The notes beneath the pieces are model-generated. The model was not told the origin of the DNA. It saw nothing but the letters and a program-made list of their open reading frames with translations, and made no database searches. From assembly GCA_963826785.1 (NCBI GenBank), contig CAWGYD010000001.1:512001-576000 (forward strand): 64,000 bases of DNA, in the 5' to 3' direction. This document shows, in pieces, positions 56,442 to 64,000 of the stretch. Made by a program: the position numbers and the translations under genes. Within the stretch, counting starts at the first letter, position 1. Each line of letters starts with the position of its first letter. The DNA comes from an uncultured delta proteobacterium. GTDB lineage: Bacteria > Desulfobacterota > Desulfobacteria > Desulfobacterales > Desulfosalsimonadaceae.

Positions 56442-56715
56442 CGTTTAGCCTCGAGGGACGTTTTGATCTCCCGAACATTTGCGCACCGGAAACATTCCGG
56501 CTCATGTAGACCATCCAGAACTATTCGACGATATAACATCTGCTATGCAGCGTGCAACTTAAAATTCGAGGGAGCTCCGACAGATTCAAAGCCGTTCCGG
56601 TATGTAAGCCAATGGAGACGAAAGAGAAGCGGAAAATGGCTGATACCCTGAAAAGGAGTAATCGGGCGGGCGGGCGGAGAAGCGGAAAAAATTACATAAA
56701 TATCAAATCTTACGC

Positions 56716-56756
56716 AAAAAACCCGTCGAACAACCGGACGCGGTTAGTGGACGGGT
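56716..56756 (-). terminator. terminator downstream of tmRNA
   Basis: ACCCGTC...GACGGGT stem followed by T6 on the minus strand. Confidence 0.65.
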
Positions 56757-56770
56757 CTGTCTTTTGTAAA

Positions 56771-57122
56771 TGGTGGAGGCGGCGGGAGTTGAACCCGCGT
56801 CCGAAAACATTCCATAATGGCGTCTACATACATAGCCTGAATTTTAATTGTCGCAGTTTAAGACTCCTTCAGGCAGGATTCTCAACCCGCTATCCTGTAA
56901 AATTTAACCGATTCCGGTACAGTCACCCGAAATCAGCTTTCCCGATAGTCGACGCCCTTGCATGGCCCTCGGGCAAAACCATGCAGGACGGCAGCCTTAA
57001 GCGGCTACAGCGTAGTTATAATCGTCTGCGATTATGTTTATGTTCCGCTTGTTTAACGAGTCAGCAGAAAACTCGGTATGCAACCATTACTTCCATGTCC
57101 CCGTCGAAGCCGTTTCGCCCCC
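56771..57122 (-). ncRNA. ssrA: tmRNA (352 nt), tag peptide (A)ADDYNYAVAA
   Basis: 5' GGGGGCGAAACGGCTTCGAC; 3' GGGTTCAACTCCCGCCGCCTCCACCA with a G3.U pair; tag frame GCA GAC GAT TAT AAC TAC GCT GTA GCC GCT TAA. Confidence 0.96.
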
Positions 57123-57454
57123 ATGAATTAAGATGAACCGTAAAGTGCCTGGTAAAGAAGGAAAAAGAAAAGAAAGCAGACGAATTTATAAGCAATAATA
57201 ATGGCCGGAAGCCCGTTTGTCAAGATAATGCGAGAATCCATGCGCTTTTAAATCCCCTATGGGAAAACAATATTCATGGATTTTAAATTGGAAATGAATA
57301 TGTTATTGCAAGCAGTTGGAGAAAAAATGGTTATGGGCGGGATAGCAGCGGGTCGGCTTTTCCGCATGCCGGCTTCTAAGCAATGACGCTTTTCCGGCTC
57401 TGGCGCCGAGCTCTGATGCACAGAGGAATGGGAATGTTTGAAAATAAAGGCGAT

Positions 57455-58231
57455 ATGGACATGAGGATTTTTTTTATCATTGCGATTCTGTCCGCTTTGC
57501 TGGTGGGAACGCTGCCATGCATTGCGCCGGCCGTTGAGGCAAATCCGGACGCCCGGACCCTGGTGGACCAGGCCGTGGATCACCTGCGGGGCAAAACGTC
57601 GCGCTCCCAGGTCACCATGACCATTCACCGGCCGGACTGGGAGCGGAAGATGACGCTCAAGGCCTGGACCAAGGGCCTGAGCGATTCCATCTTCTGGATC
57701 ATGGCCCCGCCCCGGGACCAGGGGAACGGGACATTGAAAAAGGGCAGCGAGATGTGGGTGTTCAATCCCAAGATCAACCGGGTGATCAAACTGCCCCCAT
57801 CCATGATGTCCCAGTCCTGGCAGGGATCGGATTTTTCCAACAACGACATTGCCAAGTCCGACAGCATCATCGATGAGTATACCCACGAACTCATCGGCAC
57901 CGAAACCCGCGAGGGGAAAACGGTATATGTCATCCGCTCCCTGCCCAAACCGGGCGCTCCCGTGGTGTGGGGCATGCAGGAACTGAAGATCCGGGAGGAC
58001 GATATCCTGCTGTCCCAGGAATTTTTTGACGAGGAAAAAAAGCCGGTAAAAAAGCTGGTGATGGAAAAGATCACCGAAATAGGCGGCCGGCTCTACCCGG
58101 TGAAATGGAAGATGTCCAAAGCCGATGCCGGAGACGAGTATACCCTGATCGACTATGACTCGCTTGAATTCGATGTGGATGTGTCGGATCGGATGTTTAC
58201 CGTTTCCAGTCTGAAAAATCCCCCCTTGTGA
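57455..58231 (+). CDS. LolA-like outer-membrane lipoprotein-sorting protein
   Basis: Signal peptide; P.RD.G..TLK....MW...P...RVIK.PPSMM.QSW.GSDFS.ND; start approximate. Confidence 0.8.
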   Translation: MDMRIFFIIAILSALLVGTLPCIAPAVEANPDARTLVDQAVDHLRGKTSRSQVTMTIHRPDWERKMTLKAWTKGLSDSIFWIMAPPRDQGNGTLKKGSEMWVFNPKINRVIKLPPSMMSQSWQGSDFSNNDIAKSDSIIDEYTHELIGTETREGKTVYVIRSLPKPGAPVVWGMQELKIREDDILLSQEFFDEEKKPVKKLVMEKITEIGGRLYPVKWKMSKADAGDEYTLIDYDSLEFDVDVSDRMFTVSSLKNPPL

Positions 58232-58237
58232 TGTGGT

Positions 58238-59497
58238 ATGGCAGCCGAATTCATGGATCTTAAAATCGCCTGGCGAAACGTGTGGCGCAATACGCGGCGC
58301 ACCTGGCTGACGGTGAGCGCCATCGCATTTGCCTGCGTGGTGCTGATCTTCATGCTCTCCTTCCAGTTCGGCTCCTATGACACCATGATCAATTCCTCCA
58401 TCCGCATCAATACCGGCCATCTTCAGGTGCAGGATAAGCGCTACTTTGATAAAAAGGACATCCGGCGGGTGATTAAACATCCCGAACCGATCCTTGCGAT
58501 GGTGTCCGGAATCGACCATGTCACCGCCGCAGCCCCCAGGGCGGAGGCATTTTCCCTGGCATCGTCTGAGAACCGGACGTACGGTGTCCTGGTGACGGGC
58601 ATCGATCCCGTGCGCGAACAGCGGGTATCCACGCTCAACTCGCTTATCCGGAAAGGGGGCTTCCTTGCTGAAACCAGCGGAAGCGATACCATGGCCGGCG
58701 CCCTGGTGGGAATCCTGCTGGCCCGGAACCTGAAAGTCGGCATCGGCGACGAGTTGACGGTGCTGGGGCAGGGGCGGGACGGGTCGGTGGCCGCCACCGT
58801 GCTCGTGGTCCGGGGGATCTATCAATCGGGCATCGACGAATTCGACCGCAGTACCATCCACATTCCGCTTGTCACGTTTCAGTCCGTCTACAACATGGAC
58901 GGTGCCGTGCATAAGATTGTCATCGATGTCGATTCCCTGGACCATGTCCAACAGGTCAAAACCGCCGTGCAAAAGGGTCTCCGATCAATCCCGGAAACCG
59001 CCGACCTGGTGGTCCTGGACTGGAGCGAACTGGTGCCCGGCCTGATGCAGGCCATCAAGGTGGACCTGGCCTCCGGGCTCATCTTCTGGTGTCTCCTGGT
59101 GCTGGTGGTGGCGTTTTCGATTTTAAACACCTTCTTGATGGCCGTTTTCGAGCGCACCCGGGAATTCGGGGTGATGATGGCGCTGGGTACCACTCCGGGC
59201 CGGCTGGTGCGACTGCTCCTGTTCGAATCCTCGGCCATGACCCTGGTGGGGGTGGCTTTGGGCATGCTGGCGGGCTGCGGAATAACCCTTCTCTTTCAGC
59301 ACATCGGAATCGACTTTTCCGGGGCGTCGGATATCTTGAGCCAATACGGCATTTCCGGCCGGATCTACCCGCGGTTAAGCCCCGTCACCGCGTTTGCGGG
59401 ACCACTGCTGGTGTGGGGGGTGACCTTTGCGGTCTCCCTGTACCCGGCATTGAAGATCCGCAGGCTCAAGCCGGTGGAGGCCATGGCCCATGTATAA
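58238..59497 (+). CDS. ABC transporter permease (LolC/E-FtsX family)
   Basis: IAWRNVWRN.RRT.LT, GIDP, GILLA..L...IGD, NT.LMAV.ERTREFG.M.ALG and YPA.KI.RL.P.EA. Confidence 0.9.
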   Translation: MAAEFMDLKIAWRNVWRNTRRTWLTVSAIAFACVVLIFMLSFQFGSYDTMINSSIRINTGHLQVQDKRYFDKKDIRRVIKHPEPILAMVSGIDHVTAAAPRAEAFSLASSENRTYGVLVTGIDPVREQRVSTLNSLIRKGGFLAETSGSDTMAGALVGILLARNLKVGIGDELTVLGQGRDGSVAATVLVVRGIYQSGIDEFDRSTIHIPLVTFQSVYNMDGAVHKIVIDVDSLDHVQQVKTAVQKGLRSIPETADLVVLDWSELVPGLMQAIKVDLASGLIFWCLLVLVVAFSILNTFLMAVFERTREFGVMMALGTTPGRLVRLLLFESSAMTLVGVALGMLAGCGITLLFQHIGIDFSGASDILSQYGISGRIYPRLSPVTAFAGPLLVWGVTFAVSLYPALKIRRLKPVEAMAHV

Positions 59498-60788
59498 TTC
59501 CAAATCGACTTCGTCGCCTCCTCCCTGCCGCCCTGGCATCCTTTCGAATGCAAATTGGAATAAGATGGATTTTCAGTTGGCCTGGCGAAATATCTGGCGC
59601 AATCCCCGGCGCACCCTGATCATCATGACCGCCGTGGTCATCGGGGTATTTGCCATGATATTTCTGACCGCCCTCATGCGGGGGATGATGGTCGATATGA
59701 TCGAAAACGGCATTTCCACCCTCACCGGCGATGTCAAGATCTATGCGTCGGGATACCGGGACGATCCCTCCATCGATCACCGCATTACGGATCCGCAGCA
59801 GATAATGAAAAGCGCCTCCCGGGTTCTACCGGATACGGCCCGGATGACCGACCGCGTGCGGGTCAGCGCCATTGCCGCAAACGCCCGTCATTCTTTCGGT
59901 GTCTTTTTGACGGGAATCGATCCGGCCGCAGAAAAAGGGGTCTCCTTTATCGGCCAGGCGCCTATCCGGGGCCAAATGGCCGCTTCGGAAAAAGAGAACT
60001 GGATCGTCATCGGCGCGGCCCTGGCGGATAAGTTTGAAACCCGCATCGGCCACAAGCTGATCCTCATGTCAGAGGGTGTCAATCATGAGATCGCCTCCAA
60101 AGCCTTTCGCATCACCGGCATCTACCGGGCCGAGCTGAAGTCCACGGAGGAGCAGTATGTGTTTGCCGGAAAAGCCGCGGTCCAGGAGATGCTGGGCATG
60201 GGAAGCAGCGTGTCGGCGATCGCCATCGCATTAAACCGCCATGATCAGGCCGATGCAGTGGCGCAACGGGTGAAAACGGCGGTCCATAAAGCGGACCTGT
60301 CCGTATACACCTGGCAGGAACTGCTCCCCATGCTGAGGGCATCTCTCTCCATGTTCGACGGTTTTGTCATCCTGTGGTATCTGATGGTGTTTGTGGCCAT
60401 GGCCTTTGGCATCGTCAACACCCTGCTGATGGCGGTGTTCGAGCGGATGCGCGAGTTCGGCCTGATGAAGGCCCTGGGTATGACGCCCGGCCGGATCATC
60501 CGGTCGGTGCTGATGGAGTCGATCATGATTTTATCGATCGGTCTGCTTGCGGGAAACCTCCTGTCGGCAGCGATGATATGGATCGTTTCTCAAACGGGAA
60601 TCGATCTGTCCGCTTTTGCCGCCGGCCTGGAATATGCCGGCATGACCCCGGTGATCCGGCCGGATGTGTATGTCCGGGACGTATTCATTGCCAATGGGGT
60701 GGTGCTTCTCCTGGGGCTTCTGGTGAGCGCATACCCGGCGGCAAAAGCGGCGCGCATTACGCCGGTTGCGGCCATGGCCCGGGTGTAA
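59490..60788 (+). CDS. ABC transporter permease (LolC/E-FtsX family); likely start at 59565
   Basis: MDFQLAWRNIWRNPRRT, NTLLMAVFERMREFG.MKALG and YPA.KAAR..P. Confidence 0.9.
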   Translation: MYNSKSTSSPPPCRPGILSNANWNKMDFQLAWRNIWRNPRRTLIIMTAVVIGVFAMIFLTALMRGMMVDMIENGISTLTGDVKIYASGYRDDPSIDHRITDPQQIMKSASRVLPDTARMTDRVRVSAIAANARHSFGVFLTGIDPAAEKGVSFIGQAPIRGQMAASEKENWIVIGAALADKFETRIGHKLILMSEGVNHEIASKAFRITGIYRAELKSTEEQYVFAGKAAVQEMLGMGSSVSAIAIALNRHDQADAVAQRVKTAVHKADLSVYTWQELLPMLRASLSMFDGFVILWYLMVFVAMAFGIVNTLLMAVFERMREFGLMKALGMTPGRIIRSVLMESIMILSIGLLAGNLLSAAMIWIVSQTGIDLSAFAAGLEYAGMTPVIRPDVYVRDVFIANGVVLLLGLLVSAYPAAKAARITPVAAMARV

Positions 60789-60828
60789 AAATGTAAATAA
60801 TATTTAGTTTGATTGGAGGCGGCTGCAA

Positions 60829-61512
60829 ATGCACATCGTGGAGGTAAACGGGGTGGACCGGATCTATGAACAGGGGGATGTAAAGGTTCATGCGCTGCAG
60901 GATGTCCGCCTGTCCGTTGCGGCCGGCGAGTTTGCAGCCCTTGCCGGCCCGTCCGGTTCGGGCAAGACCACCATGTTAAACATCATCGGCGGGCTGGACA
61001 CGCCCGACCGGGGGGAGGTGGTGGTGGACGGCCATCCCTACAGCAAAATGACTCCTTCCGAACTGGCCCGGCTGCGCCTGTTTCGCATCGGGTTCGTGTT
61101 TCAGGCCTACAATCTCATTCCGGTCCTGTCCGCACTGGAGAACGTGGAATATGTGATGCTGCTCCAGGGGGTTGAAAAAAAGGAGCGAGAGGAAAGGGCC
61201 CGCACCATCCTTTTCGAAGTGGGGCTGGGAGACAAGATGGACAGCCGGCCCTCGGCCCTGTCCGGCGGCCAGCAGCAGCGGGTGGCGGTGGCCCGGGCCA
61301 TCGTGTCGAACCCGGCCATGGTGCTGGCCGATGAACCCACCGCCAACCTCGATTCGAAAACCGGGGAGGGCCTTTTAGAGATCATGGGCGAGATGAATGA
61401 AAAGAAGCAGGTCACCTTTATCTTCTCCACCCACGATAAAATGGTGATGCAGCATGCCCGAAGACTGATCCGCTTGAAAGACGGCCGGATTGAAAGTGAC
61501 GAGAGGAAATAG
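60829..61512 (+). CDS. ABC transporter ATP-binding protein (LolD-like)
   Basis: GPSGSGKT, IGFVFQ.YNL, LSGGQQQRVA.ARA, LADEPTANLD and STHD. Confidence 0.95.
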   Translation: MHIVEVNGVDRIYEQGDVKVHALQDVRLSVAAGEFAALAGPSGSGKTTMLNIIGGLDTPDRGEVVVDGHPYSKMTPSELARLRLFRIGFVFQAYNLIPVLSALENVEYVMLLQGVEKKEREERARTILFEVGLGDKMDSRPSALSGGQQQRVAVARAIVSNPAMVLADEPTANLDSKTGEGLLEIMGEMNEKKQVTFIFSTHDKMVMQHARRLIRLKDGRIESDERK

Positions 61513-61518
61513 CCGGAC

Positions 61519-62835
61519 ATGAAATTCATCCGGCAATGCGGCGCGGTTTTTGCGGCAGTGGCGCTGCTGGCATTGGCTGCATGGCCATGTTGCGCGGCCG
61601 CAGATGATAACAGCCTGCTTTCCATGGTGGACTGGGGCGGCTATACCCGCCTCAGGGGATCGATGTCTTTCCCCGAAGAGGGCTCGGTGCTCGATCTGCT
61701 CCACCGGGACCGTCTGCATGACGCGGCATTCGAGGGGCGGCTGATTACGAAAATTCAGAAAAACCGGCGTGTGAGCTTTGATGCCCATTACGAAATCGTG
61801 GGCACGGCCGGCGAGACTAACCAGGTGCGGTCCGCACTTGCGGAGCGTTTTCCCGGATATTCGGGATTGCCGCTATTGGCCGGTCCTATCCAGGATGACC
61901 GCCGCCTGATGGATCTCACCCATGTGATCACTTCCGAATCCGACTATCTGCTCTACCATCGCATCGACCGCCTGGTGCTCACCCTGTCGCCGGACTGGGG
62001 CGCCCTTCGCATCGGCCGGCAGGCATTGACCTGGGGAAACGGGTTTTTGTTCAATCCCATGGACCTGTTCAACCCTTTTCCCCCCACCGACGTGGAGCGC
62101 GATTACAAGATCGGGGACGACATGGTCGATGCCCGGGTGTTTACCGGGAGCATCGGAGAACTGGAGATGCTGTACGTGCCCCGGCGGGACCCGGCAGACG
62201 GGGATGTAAAATGGGATCAGTCCTCTCTGGCCGCCAAGTACCATTTTTCCATCGACACCAGCGAGTTTGATCTGATGGCGGCGCGCCACTATGGAAATGA
62301 CGTGGCCGGAGCGGGCATGTCCGGCTATGTAAAAGATGCGGCCTGGCGCATGGATATCACCTGGACCGCGCTTCATGATGACGGGGATGATTCCGGGTTT
62401 TTGAGCTATGTGGCAAACATCGATTACTCCTGGGTATGGTGGGGGAAAAACCTGTACGGGTGGGTCGAATATTATTACACCGGCCTGGGAAACAGCAATT
62501 ATACCGATGCTGTAAAAAACCCGCAGATCACGGAGCGGATCGCCCGGGGGGAGCGCTACGTCCTGGGCCGGTCCTATGCCGACGTTAACCTTCAGCTGGA
62601 AGCCCACCCCCTGTTAAACCTGTATCTCACCATCATCAATAATACCAGGGATCCCTCCGGCGTGCTCCAGCCCCGGATGGTGTACAATCCACTGCAAGAC
62701 CTGCAAATGACCTTCGGCACCAATCTGTACTACGGGGGCTCCGGCACGGAATTCGGCGGATTTGATCTTCCCGGAACGGACCTGGTGCTGGCGCCGGCAA
62801 ATGCGGTGTACTTGTGGACGAGCTACTATTTTTAG
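61519..62835 (+). CDS. putative outer-membrane beta-barrel protein
   Basis: Signal peptide, RIGRQ.LTWG.G..FNP.D.FNP motif and C-terminal aromatic WTSYYF. Confidence 0.7.
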   Translation: MKFIRQCGAVFAAVALLALAAWPCCAAADDNSLLSMVDWGGYTRLRGSMSFPEEGSVLDLLHRDRLHDAAFEGRLITKIQKNRRVSFDAHYEIVGTAGETNQVRSALAERFPGYSGLPLLAGPIQDDRRLMDLTHVITSESDYLLYHRIDRLVLTLSPDWGALRIGRQALTWGNGFLFNPMDLFNPFPPTDVERDYKIGDDMVDARVFTGSIGELEMLYVPRRDPADGDVKWDQSSLAAKYHFSIDTSEFDLMAARHYGNDVAGAGMSGYVKDAAWRMDITWTALHDDGDDSGFLSYVANIDYSWVWWGKNLYGWVEYYYTGLGNSNYTDAVKNPQITERIARGERYVLGRSYADVNLQLEAHPLLNLYLTIINNTRDPSGVLQPRMVYNPLQDLQMTFGTNLYYGGSGTEFGGFDLPGTDLVLAPANAVYLWTSYYF

Positions 62836-62895
62836 CAGAGGGGGGAAGGGTGTTTGCGTCAATGGAGCTTGGCAGTTGCCGATCGGCCGTGTGCA

Positions 62896-62927
62896 ACACC
62901 CCCCTGGCCCCCCTGAAGGGGGGAATT
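62896..62927. repeat. single REP-like unit between convergent genes
   Basis: ACACCCCCCTGGCCCCCCTGAAGGGGGGAATT. Confidence 0.8.
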
Positions 62928-63017
62928 TCTATCAAAGTGGGGGGAAAGCGGCTGATGGGAAAGCGCAGGAAATTTTAGACCGCAGGTGGGGCGGACGCCC
63001 TTTTTCTTCAGCTGCTT

Positions 63018-63485
63018 TCAGTCGCTGCGGTTGTCTTTTCTGATCCGATCCATCTCCCGCTTCATTTCCCGGCCCTTGATGGCCTCGCGCTTGTCATAGA
63101 GACGCTTTCCCCGGGCCAGGGCAATGGAGATCTTGGCTTTGCCCTCCTTGAAATAGACCTTTAACGGGATCAGGGTGAATCCTTTTTCATTGGTCTTGCC
63201 ATAGAGGCGCTTGAGCTCGGATTTGTGCAGCAGGAGCTTGCGCGGCTGCAGGGGGTCATGGTTGTCAAAATGGGCAAACGCATACGGGCCGATGTGCATC
63301 TGGTAGACGTAGAGTTCGCCATTGACGAATTTCGCGTAGGCATCCTTGAGGTGCGCCCTGCCGTTTCGCAGGGATTTCACCTCGGTCCCCTTGAGCACCA
63401 TGCCCGCCTCGACTTCGTCCACGATGAAGTATTCGTGGCGGGCCTTGCGGTTGTCGGTGACCATTTTGATATGTTCATTGCCCAT
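63018..63485 (-). CDS. smpB: SsrA-binding protein
   Basis: NRKARHEY, EAG.VL.GTEVKSLR, RKLLLHK.E and ARGK.LYDKRE. Confidence 0.97.
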   Translation of the reverse strand: MGNEHIKMVTDNRKARHEYFIVDEVEAGMVLKGTEVKSLRNGRAHLKDAYAKFVNGELYVYQMHIGPYAFAHFDNHDPLQPRKLLLHKSELKRLYGKTNEKGFTLIPLKVYFKEGKAKISIALARGKRLYDKREAIKGREMKREMDRIRKDNRSD

Positions 63486-63489
63486 GGGG

Positions 63490-64000
63490 CTAATCCTGTT
63501 TGAAATTGCGGTTCAGGAGCGAACCGTAGCGGTCGTTGATGAGCTCGATGATGGATTCGGTGGTGGACAGCTTAAGGGCCTGCCGGACCAGGGATTCGGA
63601 TTCATCCACCCGGATCTTGCGGATCATGTCCTTGATGCCCGGAATCGACTGGGGCGCCATGCTCAGTTCATCGATGCCCAGGCCGATGAGTATGGGCAGG
63701 TTGATCGGCTCCGATGCCATTTCGCCGCACATGAACGTCTTGATCTTTTTTTCCCGGCCGGCATCCACCACGTGCCGGATCATCCGGATCACCGCGGGAT
63801 GAAGCGGATTGTAAAGATAGGCCACATGGCGGTTGACCCGGTCGATGGCCAGGGTGTACTGGACCAGGTCGTTGGTCCCGATACTGAAAAAATCGACCAG
63901 TTCGGCCATTTCCCCGGCCATGATCACCGCCGAAGGGACTTCGATCATGATGCCGATCTGAACGTCCTGCCCGCATTCCAGACCCTCCCGGCGTAAGCCT
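63490..64000 (-). CDS. ptsI: PEP-protein phosphotransferase (PTS enzyme I), C-terminal part only
   Basis: GIMIEVPSA, FFSIGTNDL.QY.LA.DR, HPAV.R and CGEMA. Confidence 0.9.
   Translation of the reverse strand, partial: GLRREGLECGQDVQIGIMIEVPSAVIMAGEMAELVDFFSIGTNDLVQYTLAIDRVNRHVAYLYNPLHPAVIRMIRHVVDAGREKKIKTFMCGEMASEPINLPILIGLGIDELSMAPQSIPGIKDMIRKIRVDESESLVRQALKLSTTESIIELINDRYGSLLNRNFKQD

Noticed and set aside
56771..56802. tRNA gene or att-site duplication
   Set aside because: It is the tRNA-like 3' end of tmRNA; no second copy and no integrase were seen in the window.
56552..57136. 194-aa plus-strand ORF
   Set aside because: Antisense to tmRNA and its terminator; no coding features.
57257..58972. 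571-aa minus-strand ORF and similar long antisense ORFs (e.g. 8456..9709, 1616..2569, 14320..15255)
   Set aside because: Shadow ORFs opposite well-supported genes in GC-rich DNA, with no recognisable motifs.

Overview
GC-rich chromosomal window whose gene content points to an anaerobic Desulfobacterota (Desulfobacterales-like) organism; this is an inference. From left to right it holds: (i) a minus-strand respiratory block, narGHJI-narK followed by a small ORF and a selenocysteine-containing, Tat-less formate dehydrogenase (alpha, Fe-S beta, NrfD-type anchor); (ii) a B12-radical-SAM gene pair, then a 473-bp transposase-less cassette carrying a GIY-YIG nuclease, inserted into a REP-like palindrome with an 11-bp target duplication; (iii) a sulfotransferase, a hybrid kinase, a C-GCAxxG-C-C protein, an orphan glycyl radical enzyme with an N-terminal SCP2-like extension, a signal-peptide ATP-dependent DNA ligase, an MFS transporter, and PRC-barrel and CsbD genes; (iv) an ImuA-less SOS mutagenesis cassette, lexA-DUF72-inactive PolY-dnaE, with a phased direct-repeat operator candidate; (v) csp, RRM, carbamoyltransferase, GNAT, CrtI-like and acyltransferase genes; (vi) a sigma54 cluster (EBP, USPs, TauE, TIGR02186, PEP-synthase-like, REC, kinase); (vii) recQ, small exported proteins, CBM48, an orphan MNT with a truncated HEPN remnant, tmRNA, a LolA/LolCDE-like ABC operon, smpB and partial ptsI. 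Intergenic DNA is rich in nested REP/MITE-like repeats. Four otherwise intact genes carry single frameshifts that may be assembly errors. No CRISPR array, rRNA or tRNA was seen. All family calls come from motif recognition by eye, not from database searches.
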